DNA from: Phoronis australis
Lineage: Eukaryota > Animalia > Phoronida
Direction of reading: 5' to 3'
NCBI GenBank assembly: GCA_002633005.1
Contig: NMRA01000740.1
Coordinates: 37,673 to 101,672 of the forward strand
DNA length: 64,000 nucleotides
Position numbers and translations under genes: made by a program. Positions 1 to 13,300 of this stretch are shown in pieces (the first letter of the stretch is position 1; each line of letters opens with the position of its first letter). The notes beneath the pieces are model-generated. The model had not been told where the DNA came from, did not search any database, and saw only the letters and a program-made list of their open reading frames with translations.

Positions 1-1236
1 AAATAAAATGCAGTTGTATAGTCCACTTGCGGGTTTATTCGAGGTTGTCGTAAACAGCCATGACGTCACGCGTGGGGGCAGAACCCGCCATATTTGCCAC
101 TGCGTTGTATGCAGCCTCATTCGTCTCGCGTTTGATATTTTATTATTTTAAATGAAGGTCGGTGATTGTGCCGCAGCTTCGTCGGGGGTTATTAGATAGT
201 GAAAACAGAGTAGGCCTAAATGGTAACTAAACAGCTAGCTGTTTGAAGACTGTCGTCGAAAAACAGCTAGATACCACTGTTTGTAGCCTTGGTGGAAAGT
301 AGTATAGTAAATATACAGCTTTGCGTCGATGTATGTAAAAAATTGACTAAATAAAACCTGACACAGAATAATTAATTCTAATGACACATTCAATATCATA
401 ATTTTTCAGTACTAACAAAATGTGGGTAAAGCGTAAGATTTATAAGTCACGGCTATCGACATTCGCATATAGTGGGACAAGAGATGAACTATCAATTCTC
501 CCTAATCTGTCCCCTGCTTCCGGGCAGTTATATCTGCTCTCGTGTTCAGTTCACACGCGTCATCTTCATAAAAACCGCAAATGGTCTATTCACTGACCAC
601 TTGTAAATGTGAAAATAAAACATTCTGCAAATAAGGTCACCTTTGCTACACGAATGACGTATCTCGCAGGCTCACGTAGCCTGCATTGTGCAGTGTTCCA
701 CAGCACTACGTCACGATACTTACACGATTCAGTGATTTACGGCCAAAAAAATTCGCCACAGAACTTGTTCTTAAAGATACTTGACAATTTCAACCTTCTT
801 CACATTCACATCGACGCTATGTGTTGTGGTTCTAACTAATTTGACCAAGGAATCACAAAGAGATGAGGATTTAGCCTGAAAATTCCAATTTCAGTCAGGT
901 CCGTGCTCCCATATGAGAAGTAATACGTTTTAAACAGTGTTTTGCTTACAGGTACATGCGTTTATACTTCAGTTGCACGGGTAGACGCCTGTTAAACCTG
1001 AAACTGTCGCAACTGCACAAACTGGTCCAATCCTCAAATTTGGTCGTTTGCATTCACGTGCGGGCTCCGCTCTGCCCCAATATTTTGTTCCTGGGTTTGC
1101 ACAAGCTGAGAGGATGGGAGCCAAATCTTACCAGGTGTTCACCCTTACCACAAACTGCAAAAACTCGCACGAGACACACTCACAAACCAATACCACAGAA
1201 CCTGAACTGTCACTTTCACCACAAACAATATCTATA

Positions 1237-1368
1237 ATCTCTCTCTTTCCCTCCCTCAGTCCGTCCGTCCGTCCGTCCGTCCCTCCTTCCCTCCCTCCCT
1301 CTCCCCTTATAACACAACCCCTCTCTCTCCCTCTCCCTCTCACACTCTCTTCTGTCCCTTCCTCTTCA
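1237..1368. repeat. Pyrimidine-rich simple repeats (CT, CCGT, CCCT)
   Basis: Directly visible; these account for the low-complexity ORFs 1048-1425 and 1128-1421. Confidence 0.85.
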
Positions 1369-1373
1369 CTTAC

Positions 1374-4300
1374 CGCCATCTTTTTTGTTTTCATTTTCAG
1401 CTGGTCTCGTTGGCCCTGCAAATAACGAATAACGTATTTTGTCTAACGACCCAATATAACCAAACTCGAGATACTCATACTCCCCATACACGGTAAGAAA
1501 TGACATGCACATCAGCTCCCTAACACGTTGGTCTATTCCAGGAGTGATGCTTATGAGTGCACCCTTGTTGTATATTACGTGCCTTGCTTTATCTGATTCT
1601 GTGTACAACAGAGAATCTGGGCACGTACATTCCGAAAACAGGATAGAGCTGTAGTAAATGGACTCTTAATCATTTCACTCGTAGTCAGGTAGGACTAAAG
1701 CGCACCATTCACAACTCTGCTATTAGTGACTACATCATGCAACATGGGAAAATGTCTTCATCCTGGGCATAAATTGATAATCTTTGTATGAATAGTGAGT
1801 CGCTACAATTTCACCTGGACACCTTAAAATTGTTTATTAAGACCTAATCCCCCAGCCAGAGTCACCAACACTCGCCTGTCGTCACACAATTCAACCCAAT
1901 GCAACATTACTTTGAGAAGGATTACTGATGAGAGGATCCAAACAATTAAGTACATCTATTTTCGTCATTACTAAAAGGGACTCACGGAGGAATGTAGTTT
2001 TAAATGATATTATATTGTGTCAGATTTACTTTTTCTCACTTTTACCTAGATTGTATGTTTATACAATGCACATGTATGTGCATGCATGCTCCTAACTTTG
2101 CTATTGTATAGCACATGGGCGGCGCAGCACTGAAAAAAGTGGGGGGCTAAAGCCCCCTCAGCCCCTCTTTGGTGCACCGCCTATAGACCATGTGCGGCCT
2201 AGCACTAAATGTGGGGGCTATAGCCCCTCCCCTCAGACCCCTATGGTGCGCCGCCCATGTAGCAGGAACCAAACGTCAATGCTATTTGAACATCATCTAC
2301 GCTAAACAAAGTGCAATTGTTTTCACTGACCACTTGTAAATGTGAAAACAACAAATTCTGCAAATAGATTACCTTTGCACTATTGACGTAAATTGGAGGC
2401 TCACATCGCCCGCACCATACAGTGTGTCATTCCTCAACACCAAGTCACGATACTTGCAAGTCACGATTAAGTAATTTACGGCGTATCATTTTCGACACAA
2501 AACTCGTTCTTAAAACATTTTTAATTTTCAACTTACTTCATATTCACGTCGTAGCTATATGTTGTGTTTCTAACTAATTTGACCAAATAGTCACAGAGAT
2601 AATGAATTATTGTGCAAGTTCTGCTTTAAAACCTGTAGCAGCAAAGATATTCAGCCACATCGTGGTTCAAACTTAGCACAGTACAGTACCTGAGACAACA
2701 CGTTCAATCGTTGAGACGGGAAGTGTAAGGACTGTAGGTGACTGCGATAATGATGACGTTGGTGGCGAAATAATACTTGTACTCGCTGCTATTTTGACAG
2801 TAGATGGTAGTGGTGTTGACCCTGGCAATGACATGTCTGTAAGAAAATTGATTCGTTTTTAAGCAATACGTCTTCGTTGTGGTTCTATGTGTCACAGCAA
2901 GCCGCCCATAAACGGTGATTGCGGCACAACTTTCTGCATCAAAAATATCAAGTAAGGTAGTGTGAACCTACATCGGTCGCTTTATTGCAGACGACAATGA
3001 CGAGTTAGAAGTTTCTTCAATTATCTTTGCGTTAAAGGAATTGTAAGTACAATAATTAAAATAAATGTAATTAATTTAATTAGGAAATGTGAATTCCCAA
3101 ATTTAAAATTAGCTGGAATAAAAGTGCAAGGACAAGTGTTAGTAAGAATTACCAATTTGTACCAGCGTTTCCTGAGCTTTTTAAAACTCGGGTGTCACTG
3201 CCACGACCCAACAGCACTCTTTATACACATGAACCAATGGGCCATTTGTTATTCAAACTGATACCTCCTCGAGGAAACTATCACAGATGTTAAGTTGAAG
3301 ATTGCCAACTACACAACAGTTGATTTAAATCATATCAGTTTTTATTCATCTAGCAAGAAGTGTAAAGTGAATCAGCCAGCTGCGGGGATTTTGTCACAAA
3401 CTCATAGTTTCTTCCTGAGAATCACCTGTGCACAATTGCCGGTGGTTTGTGAGGTCGGCTACATTCTCCCGAAATCCACTCGAAGTTCAGAATTTACTCT
3501 TTTAGTTAGCCTTCGATTCAAAACTATACAGTGACGTTTTAAGCTAATTCATATAAGTCATTATCACCATTAGACTTGCATATTGTCACTGTCATCGATC
3601 ATCCCGGGATCGGCTAACCAGTGAAGCCGAGATTCAGAGGTACGAAAACTAATTTCTTAGATAATCTGAATGTTCTGAAGCGACCCCGCACATGGCATAT
3701 GTTTGTTATTAAGCGCTGGTTTCCTCATTTATTCGTTTTGAAAAAAGTCAGCAATTTTTTGCCTAGTCCTCAGTAATCACAGGAAAGTATTTCAATCTTT
3801 TAGTCCATACTTGTAATATTATCTATATATAAAGAAGGGGGGGGGGTAGAACGAATACGTTTTTGGCGTAGCTCGTTCTAACGGAAGCTCGCGCCGGTTC
3901 TCAGACGCGCCACTACGTGGCGTGCCAGCTACCCTGTGGTAGGCTGCTGCCTCGCTGGCTGATGGATTGAAGTGTAAATGTGGCCTGTTGTACAGACAAA
4001 TCGGTGCTTAAAATTTATGTTCAGGAAATGTGACGCCTAGAAATTGTGATTGCGACTTTTCGGAATGCATCTTTCTACTGTCAATAACTTTTGTTTACGA
4101 TAGTGTCCTGTATGAATAACACACCGGTTAAATCGACCAGATATGTGCTTATTGTACATGTATGCGCTTCAAGCACGCGACTCTTAAACATCACTGTGGA
4201 AACAAAACAGTTGCTGCGACGCCACTTGCATGACAAGGCTAAAAATCGTTCACGGTCCGCCTTTTTCACGGTTTTGTAAAGCTAACTAATGACTGCCCGG

Positions 4301-7300
4301 CGAGGTTACATTGACCAATGCTAAAGCGCGTGCCACTGCGTGGTACTTGTGTGCTGGCTGGGCTAAGCACGCAAGGAACCATCGAGGGCTGCTGCCTGAT
4401 CTTCGCTTGGGACCATTCAGTGACTGCTATTATTTAACTCACGTTATTACCAACGTACCTGAGATAGTATATGAAACATTGAAACCCCCAGCGGCTTCCT
4501 GGTGGTCCGTAACAAACTCTAGAAAGCATTCTCCTCGTGATGTTGTGACTTCCACGCCACCTAGTGAACGGATTAGATAAAGCAACTGAATAAGATTGAG
4601 ATCACATCTCATTCATTGGTCCGCTAGAAATAGTAATGTTGAGCTCGATCGTTGTAACTACGTGGTGAATAGTTAGCCCCATTGTTCAAATGCCACAATT
4701 CAATCTATAAAGTGCAGTCTACACAAAACATGCGAACAGAATACTACGTAGCTGCAAGTCTGCGAATTTAACCGTCTATATGGAAAACTATAAGAGTATT
4801 TTTCCTCTTCCAGAAGGTTCAGAAGGAGGCATGTAAAGTTTAACTTGGGACTTGACAATATTTTGTCATTGACTGCAAAAAGTTAGCAAAATTCAACACA
4901 ACGAAAGATTTGCGTTGGTACTACAACAACGACATCAATAACGTGCACAAACTGCCATTGACATCAATTTTCACGCACGTTCAAACTCCGTCGTGTGCAC
5001 TTCAAGTGCCCACGAACGGTGTGGTGAAATGACTGGCTGAAACGTCATGCCAATGTACATATATTTTTGAGGTTAGAGTAAATAAATTTAATCCTGTCAA
5101 TTGGTAAGCAAAACAAAAAAATGAAGTTCACTAAACATACCTATTTCACCGACTCAGTGTTCTTTCTGAGTATCCAATCTTCCATCAAGACTAGGTGAAT
5201 ACTAGCATCAAATACTCTCAAAATAAAATTTCTCCCGAGGTTGCCATCTCAAGAAAGTTATGTTTATGTTGTAGCTCCCACAAGGTGTCAGTGCGCAGAG
5301 TGTGAAATGTTGTGCCTATTGATTTCTGGGACATTTTGTGAAGATTAAGTGGCCGGTTATGGCGTTATGTGGTGTGTGGTGGCTATTGTGGGGGTCATGC
5401 CGTATGTGGGGTGTGTGTTGTGGATATGCACTGGACGATCCAGGAGGGTCAAGTGGGTTCAGACACCCTCTTCCCTCAATCTTAGTGGTATCAAATCTAG
5501 AGTTTCTGATAGTTTACTTGGACCCCCTTAAAAGAAACCTTGATTCGTCCCCCCTTTTTAAAATTCCTGGATCCGCCCCTGATATGGTGGGTGATGTCGT
5601 TCTGTGGGGTGTTGAGGGGACTGTGAGGTGTCTTCGTTCTGTGAGGAGTTGTAAATATAGTGGGGACATATTCCTTGGGGTGCTTTTTAGATTGTTGTGT
5701 GATTTTGTGCTATGGGTGGTGTTGCGAATATTGTGGGCGATACCATTTCGTGCGGCAAGTGTAGGGGATGAGTGATTTCATTTCGTACGGCAGTTATGGG
5801 GATTGTGAAGCGATTTTGGGGTGATTGTGGTAGTGGTGTCCCATGGGCTGTTACAGAAATAGGTGTGGCGAAATCTGTGGGTGGTTGTGGCCCCTGTATG
5901 CTTCCAGCTGTTTTTCACTTACCCTTTACTTTTCCGTACCAGTTGGCAAGCCTTGTATCAGTTTCTGACAGTCCATCATACACTTTTAATACGTCCCTCC
6001 CCTCATTTGGCGGTGTGTGAAATTCTGTAAGTGACACAGCTAATAATTTATACTGTTGTTCATCGGTGATTTTACATCTCCCTGTGATAATCTAAAATAA
6101 CACAATCCCTTGAAAAACAAAAATTTCAGCAACTTTACATTTTTCATGGAATCCCAGACCTTTACATACGCATCATTTTGTAGGCTGACTTGTACAGATT
6201 TATTACTTATTGGGTTCGATAGAGCTTTTCTCTCACAACTGATCTTGGGCGGTTTCATTCACGATGGATTACGTACGATAATCACAGACAGATAAGTTAA
6301 CCCCACGTAAAGAAAATTCAAATATTTACTAAAAGCCCCAGACTTAATTTAATAGGGAAGTTGGCACCGTATATCTCGAGAAATAAGGCTTGGCGCTCGA
6401 AAAATCGTACGTGCACGAATCTTTAATTTAAGTTCAAGTCGTTAGCTTTCGGCGGTCGCCTTTAAACTGAGTGACAAATTTATTCTATCATTCAGCTAAA
6501 CCAATGGCTATTGGTGGGTGTGAATTCGTTGTGTTTTGACAAAAGATCATCAATTACAGTAAATTAAACTAAAGATATTAACCACCATGAAACTAAGACT
6601 GTACTTTTTATTGTCATCTCAGTAGCAAACATGTTCTTATTTATTTACGCATAGTACTATCTGTGGATTCATTTAATACCAGAGGTCATGGATTTTGAGA
6701 ACCGGTTGTCAAAATGTGGGACCTTGTACGTGAAATTACCCACAAATCAAAATCAAATCTACCTGGCAATTTTGACCAAGCTCGTACATGTTCTTGCATT
6801 GCAGTGTTGTATTCTAAGATTAAAATAAACAATAGTAACAGAGGTGATATTGATGAAATTATTGATAATGATCGTAATTTCGATATTGGTGAGGATGAAG
6901 ATTGTCCGTAATGTGTAAGAAATTAGCTTGAATACGTACCCACCACGCGCAGTACGATGGCATGCTCCTTAGGAGCTACTATGAACCATTTGCAAGTCGT
7001 GTTGGAAGGATAGGACTGTGGGAAGTTAGGCGACAAAATCATACCAGACTTCCTGGACCCACTCATTGTCACGCGACTCCGACCACGAACGCAACCTAAG
7101 AGAAAAAAAGCTCTAGCCAAAAACAAACCAAACGTCACCCTGGAAAATGGCTTACATTATCGTCAATTTCGAGTTGGAGACATGTATCCTCGTTTATTAG
7201 CCGTCACAAAATTGAACAATCTTCCATGCATCAGGGGCGGATACAGAATTTTGAATTGGGGGGCAGGACACAGGAATAACCAGAATTTCGCTACATGCGC

Positions 7301-10300
7301 CCAGCCTAAAATGTAGGGATGTAGGGGTCTCCAATTTTTGGTTTGTGGACTTTATTACTAAAGAAAAAACGAAGGCCTATACATTGTGCATTCGCACCCC
7401 GAATCCCCTGGGTGCGCGCATGTGCTACCCCGAACTCCCAAATAGTATCTGAGAGAATTTTAGGGGGTCATGGCCCCTTTGGCCAATTCCTTTAAATCCG
7501 CCACTATTTATATTTTGTGAACAGATTGAGAGGAAGTGAAGGCTTTCGCCAAAAGGAAAAGCTCGCGTCCGTTTCACAGTTTCTTGAAGAGCGTGATTTT
7601 TTTCAGAAACTTTAAAGTTTAACTTTGTTTGACAAGAGTCAATGTCGACACTAATTATTACTTGTGTTCAGACTGATGCAAATGAGTTCAACAGCTAAAA
7701 CGCAATACTTACTCCCGGATAAGCCAACCGGCAAGGGAGTTGTTGAAATTGACATGTCGGGCAAGGGAGTTGTTGAAATCGACATTTCGGGCAAGGGAGT
7801 TGTTGAAATTGACATGTCGGTGGTAGTGGTGCCTGTTTCAATAGAAAGGAGTTTTTGTCATTGTGTAATAGAAAACAAATACGAACATGATTCAGAATAA
7901 CAATGACTTCAACGTCGCCCTGGAGTGGTAGAGAACTTTTTAGCACAAATAGTGCAAAAAGCAACAACTGGTATCGGCTTTTCAATTTCGATAAAGATTG
8001 AAACGCGATAATCCTTCAGATAATTTTAAGTTTGAACTTCGATTGGCAAAGGTCAATGTCGACACTGCTTTTTACTTCTGTTCAGAGTGACGCAAATAAG
8101 GCCAACAGGTAAAACACGACACTTACTTGTTGGCAAAGGAGTTGTTGAAATTCTGTTATCGGTGGTATTGGTACCTGTTACAATAAAAATGTGTCTTTCT
8201 CAGTAATAAATGTAAAACGCACATTATTTTATTGAACATATGAATGGTTGAACGCCCCACGACGTACTATCAATTAGCAGGGATGCCGAATATTAGCTGT
8301 CCCAAATTCTGCGTACACTGTATATAGCCCGCCCTGAAGCCAATTGCAATGGAAACGATGGAATGAATGATGGGTTGGTTTTAAAGACAACTCAAGTTAC
8401 ATGTTTCAAGAAAAGGGAAGTTTCACCAATCTTTTTTATTGGTTCCCTAGAAAGTTTTTCAAATACACGAACAATCCAAATTGATGAATACCTCAAAACA
8501 CTGTATTGCATTTTCAACTATGGTTTTGTCAACCGCATTATCATTTCAACTACAAAGCGACAACTACCTTAACTTTCATAATTTCGAGAGGTCTATAGGT
8601 AACGATAAGTCCATCAACACAATTGTACATTTAATAATTTGTGAACAGATCGAGTGGAAGTCAGTGTAATTGATCGGGTTTTTGTATTTGACATGCCCAA
8701 CGAGTGGGTGTGGAAACGCAAACTGTTTTTTTAAATTTACATCAAATGACAAATCAATTTAAATGCTTGAAGAAAGGTAAAATTTCAAAATAGCAATTTC
8801 ATAGCACTAATTCTTTATAATTTCATTTAGAAACTTTTCAAGTACGGGCTTGATGCAAGTTGTTAAATACTCGATAGCATGCAGCAAAAGCAATGTATAG
8901 CAATTTCGCAAAAGGTCAGACCATGGTATTGAATTCCCGCACTCACCCCTGTCAATTCAGCTACAAAATGACAAATAGCTTACAACATTATACCGTAACT
9001 GTACAATCGTATAAACTCTTGAGGTCGTTGCAAAAGTAATTCTTAGAAATTTTCTTTTTTGATTTTAACAATTTTCCGTTCAAACTGCCTGTTGTGTTTT
9101 CAGAATCTTATACTGCGAGAACAAGTCGTGTAGTTTTTTCACTGCTCCTCGTTTAACAGAGAGGCATTTTCTGTAAGCATGTCTCAATTATTGCGTTAGG
9201 AAAAAATCCGAATCTACTGACTTTCAAGGTTTTTTGCTGTCTCAAATTCACGTTGAGGGGTAGTTGTACATTCATTTATTGATAGAGCGATGAGACAGAT
9301 TCATCGATTTTGACGGCGTTCAGACAATTATGTCTTCTTCTTGGAGATTTATCATCAACAGTTGCTTTTCATGGAATGAACATAGGCAAGTTTCAAACTG
9401 TCTTACATGAACTGCGTCTACACTCACATGTTACGTTCACCGATGTTTCGCAGGGTCCGGTATCACCAAATGTATTATGCCGGCACTCTGTCAATGACTG
9501 TTCATTGCCCGAACAATCGATGTCCTGTAGTGAATGAAGAACTGCGTGTGTAATTATACACTGTTTATCAGGTTTGATTTGACTACTTCCACCGACCAAA
9601 CAAGTTTTAAAAATTAAGTGTATTCCTATTTCCCAAAAATGTTGTTTCGCTTGCAGAAAAATATTCATTTCAAATATAATTAATTTGATATAAATAAGGT
9701 TTTATAATCAAAATTGCCGCTTTTTGAAATACTGAAACAGCTCTCGTCAAATTTTTCCAGTTTCCGAAACTGAAGTTGTCTGTGAACCACTCGAACGTAA
9801 ACCCTGACCTACACTTGACGTGTGAGCATAGAAAGCCCTCTTCAAGCGACATCATCGCTGACAAAAGCGGCTCTTTGAGATCAGCCCCAGCGCAGATTCG
9901 AACGAAGAACTTAATCCACAGTCGCAGTAAAACACTCTGCTTGTGCCGCTAAAACCCACTCGATAAATGACCGAGTATTTCATGGGCATTTCACTGCCTT
10001 AATTTCAGCGAATGTGGCAGATACTAAGACGAGAATTTGCGATCTGTAATATTCTTTTAAACAATACAGCTCTGTTCAAAGCCAATAACTTAAACAATCT
10101 ACCCCAAAAATGGCTTTCAGCCGTAAAACCACAATGTTCTTTTAAAATACGCTTCAAGAAATAGCACTATTTCAAAAAATAAAGAAGTAAATTTGAATAC
10201 AAAATTTTCAGCTATTGTTATTTGAGCAAGACGTCAAACTTGGAAAACTTCAGGAAAGACTCCACCGATTCTTATTTTGTTTTACAAAATAAGTTTTATG

Positions 10301-13300
10301 AAACCGCAGCTTCCCGGTGTCAATTTTTTGTTTGGTGTGATATCAAGTCACATTATCCCAAGAAAACCGCTTAACACTGAACACATTACTGAAATGGAAA
10401 ATAAGTGTGAGTTATGGAACTCCAGATACGGTTTATGAGATTTTTATTTGATATAGAAAGTTTGATGAATGGTGGTGAATGGAGTCTTCCCCTGTTACTA
10501 TGTCGTAGAAAAAACTATATTTTCATTAAACGCGTGCGATCTTGTGACCGCAAAAATTGGAAAGTGTGCGTTGTGATTGACATGGGCAGGTTTTCCCTCG
10601 ACTCATGGTTTCGTAAATTCATACATACAATGGCGCCTTATAAATGTCCAAATTAATTTTTACCGTTTCAACATGGTCACAGCGCAATTGTGTGCGGCGA
10701 CATTAATTAAGAAATTAATAGCATATATTTTAAAACATATCGTCATGAATATAAAACCTATATCACTTGACGTACATCAAGCCACACGCGAAGGTTATCA
10801 GTGCTTTTGGCCGCACCAAACCTGTAGGTGGCGTACAGGCCGAGCTGATTACACACCGCCCGTGTTGCACGCAAGTTCCAAGTATCCAAGCAAACCTAAT
10901 GGTGAGAGCAGGAGATGACGTTACACAGCTGGTGAAAAGTTTTACAAATGATTGTCAAATTCAGGGACGGATCCAGGATTTTCAGTTAGGGGGAGTCAGG
11001 GTAGTGTACTAGCCAGGATTTTGCCCGTGAGACAGTTGCACCTGCTAAATGTAATCTGGGGAAATTTTAGGGGGAGCATGCCCTTTTGCCTTCCTTGAAT
11101 CCGCCACTGAATCAGATGAAGCATGACAATAAAACCAATGAAGCCAATTATTTGGTCTGACAAGGTTAGTATCCCTGCGGACAAAAGTCAGTAATGGTGG
11201 AACTTCAATACATTCTGCAGCAAAAATCCGTACTCAAAGGTCAATGATACTGCGATATGTTGTTCTGGAATTTTTGTTATCGTGCAGTTGGTGAACTACG
11301 AAATTGTAGAAGTTCAAGTTTAGTCCAAGGAAACTGGAATTGTTCACGAGAAAAGAACAAGAACAACGTTTACTTGAAATAAAATGTGTTTTGTCAAAAA
11401 TAGTCGTTGGTATTTTCGTACGACAAGAAGTACATCTTCTTGGGCACTTTCACTATTAATTGTTTGTGCATACATGTATGTTTCACAGTTTCCGATTGTG
11501 CTGTGTTCTTTTCTTCGTATGGTGTTCTAAGTCACGAGTTACCTAGTCGATAAACCAACCCTGAATCCAAATAGGGTTGAAAATTATTAAATTGGAAGGG
11601 TAGAATTTGGTATCACACATATCACGCTGGAATTGCACATCGCATATTAACCCGCACACGTAGAAATTAGGCCTATAATGGCGTGAGGATATTTACCTGC
11701 GAAAATGATACGATGAAGATAACTGCACGAAAATCAAAAGAACTTATTTACTCGAACATTTATCTATTCGCTTGTCACTCTACCATTTCCATTTTTCATT
11801 TTGCTCTTGAACTGAGGCATTCACTTTGGCAGCAAATACTATTAAACAGAGCTGAAGGTCCACCGGAGGGCTTTTCAACGGTAAGACCGTTTGTGATGTC
11901 AAAAGTATCTAACGGAATTTGATGTGTTTGGAACTAGCACATTCAACAAGTGGTTTTGCCTCCATACAGAGAATTTCTGGTGATTTATGTCAAAGAACAT
12001 AGGAAAACAATTTTCGATGGACATTCAGCTCTAGGGGTCGCCGCGGTCCCCATTCTCTCCTCGGCTCTTTTCTATGATAACTTCCTCGACCTCATAGTCT
12101 TGGACGATCTGAACTCCTAATGTTGACCTAATACCACCACAATCGATTCAAGTACATTTGCACAAATCCGAAATCCACGCTGAAGGAATTTTGGTGCTTG
12201 CAATATAGTTCTCCACTTTTGAAAGTCTTGAAAACATTCCATAAACCTACTTTCTTGCCAGAAAACCAAGATCTCGCGTTACTCCGCAAAGTCACGTGTG
12301 TGAAAAGCATGTGTTTCCCAAGGGAGCTAACTAGCGGGTCCCAGCAAATTGTGAAATTAATTTCGTGGTAGAGATTGTGGCAAGAACGTCCAATGTAAAC
12401 TCAGTTTCATCGGAACTTAGGTGTCTACATGTATGTCGCAGCACAAGCTATATTGGCACTTTTAACTGAGACTAAAGGTCTGACTAATTCTGTATTTCAA
12501 CCTGTTTAGCTGAATGGCTAAAACGAAAATCGAATTATGCCTTTTACTTTCATCAAACAGGTCTCGTGATATTCCTTATAACAATGTCATTCCATTCCGT
12601 TGATCACTCAAGTCATAAGCAATGCGTACAAGCGCCATTTTCGAATTCGCAATATTATGGCCATTGTTAACACCTATAAAATCCAAAGCATTTTCTTGAA
12701 ACGCTGATGACTTCGATGTTCTTGTTGGTAACGGAAATTAAAGTGATGTTATTTCAAAATTAACAGAACTTAATATACAAATAGGATTCACCACCTAGCT
12801 AATATTAATTAGCTAGGGTAGTTCTCAGCATTCGATTGCTTGTCCAGACTCCTGGAAACACTTCGAAAAGTACTCTAACTAATGTTACGCATACAACACA
12901 CATTTTCATTGCGTGACGTTTCATGATCATGATCACTTTAAACATCGACAACCTGAGAAACATAGGATAAAATGTCTATCAAACAAGGATTTCACACTCT
13001 GCTATCCACTGTTGACATAATAATGTATGTCTACTCAAGATAACAGAAATAATTTTCTCAGTTTGTGTTGTTTGGTCTACAGCCCCCTCTACTGTTTAGA
13101 ACGTGTTAATTTGATCAACAAAACGTCATTTTTACGAAAATGAGAAACTTAAAACGAGGGAATTTTTAAATAACGAATTAGAAAACCTTTTTAGTCATAC
13201 GAGAAAAAATAAAGTGCAAGGTCAACATATTCACGAAATGTACTCCTACGGCTTATTGCCCACTGACTTCTGGTCCGACTACGATCTGGACATGCGCAAG

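Noticed and set aside
1048-1425. ORFs 1048-1425 (+) and 1128-1421 (-) as genes
   Set aside because: They run through CT/CCGT microsatellites. Only 1374-1415 has exon signals. A possible tiny exon near 1184-1208 could not be resolved.
3821-4430. Helitron-like 5' end (TCTATATATAAAG)
   Set aside because: No matching 3' hairpin plus CTRR end was found.
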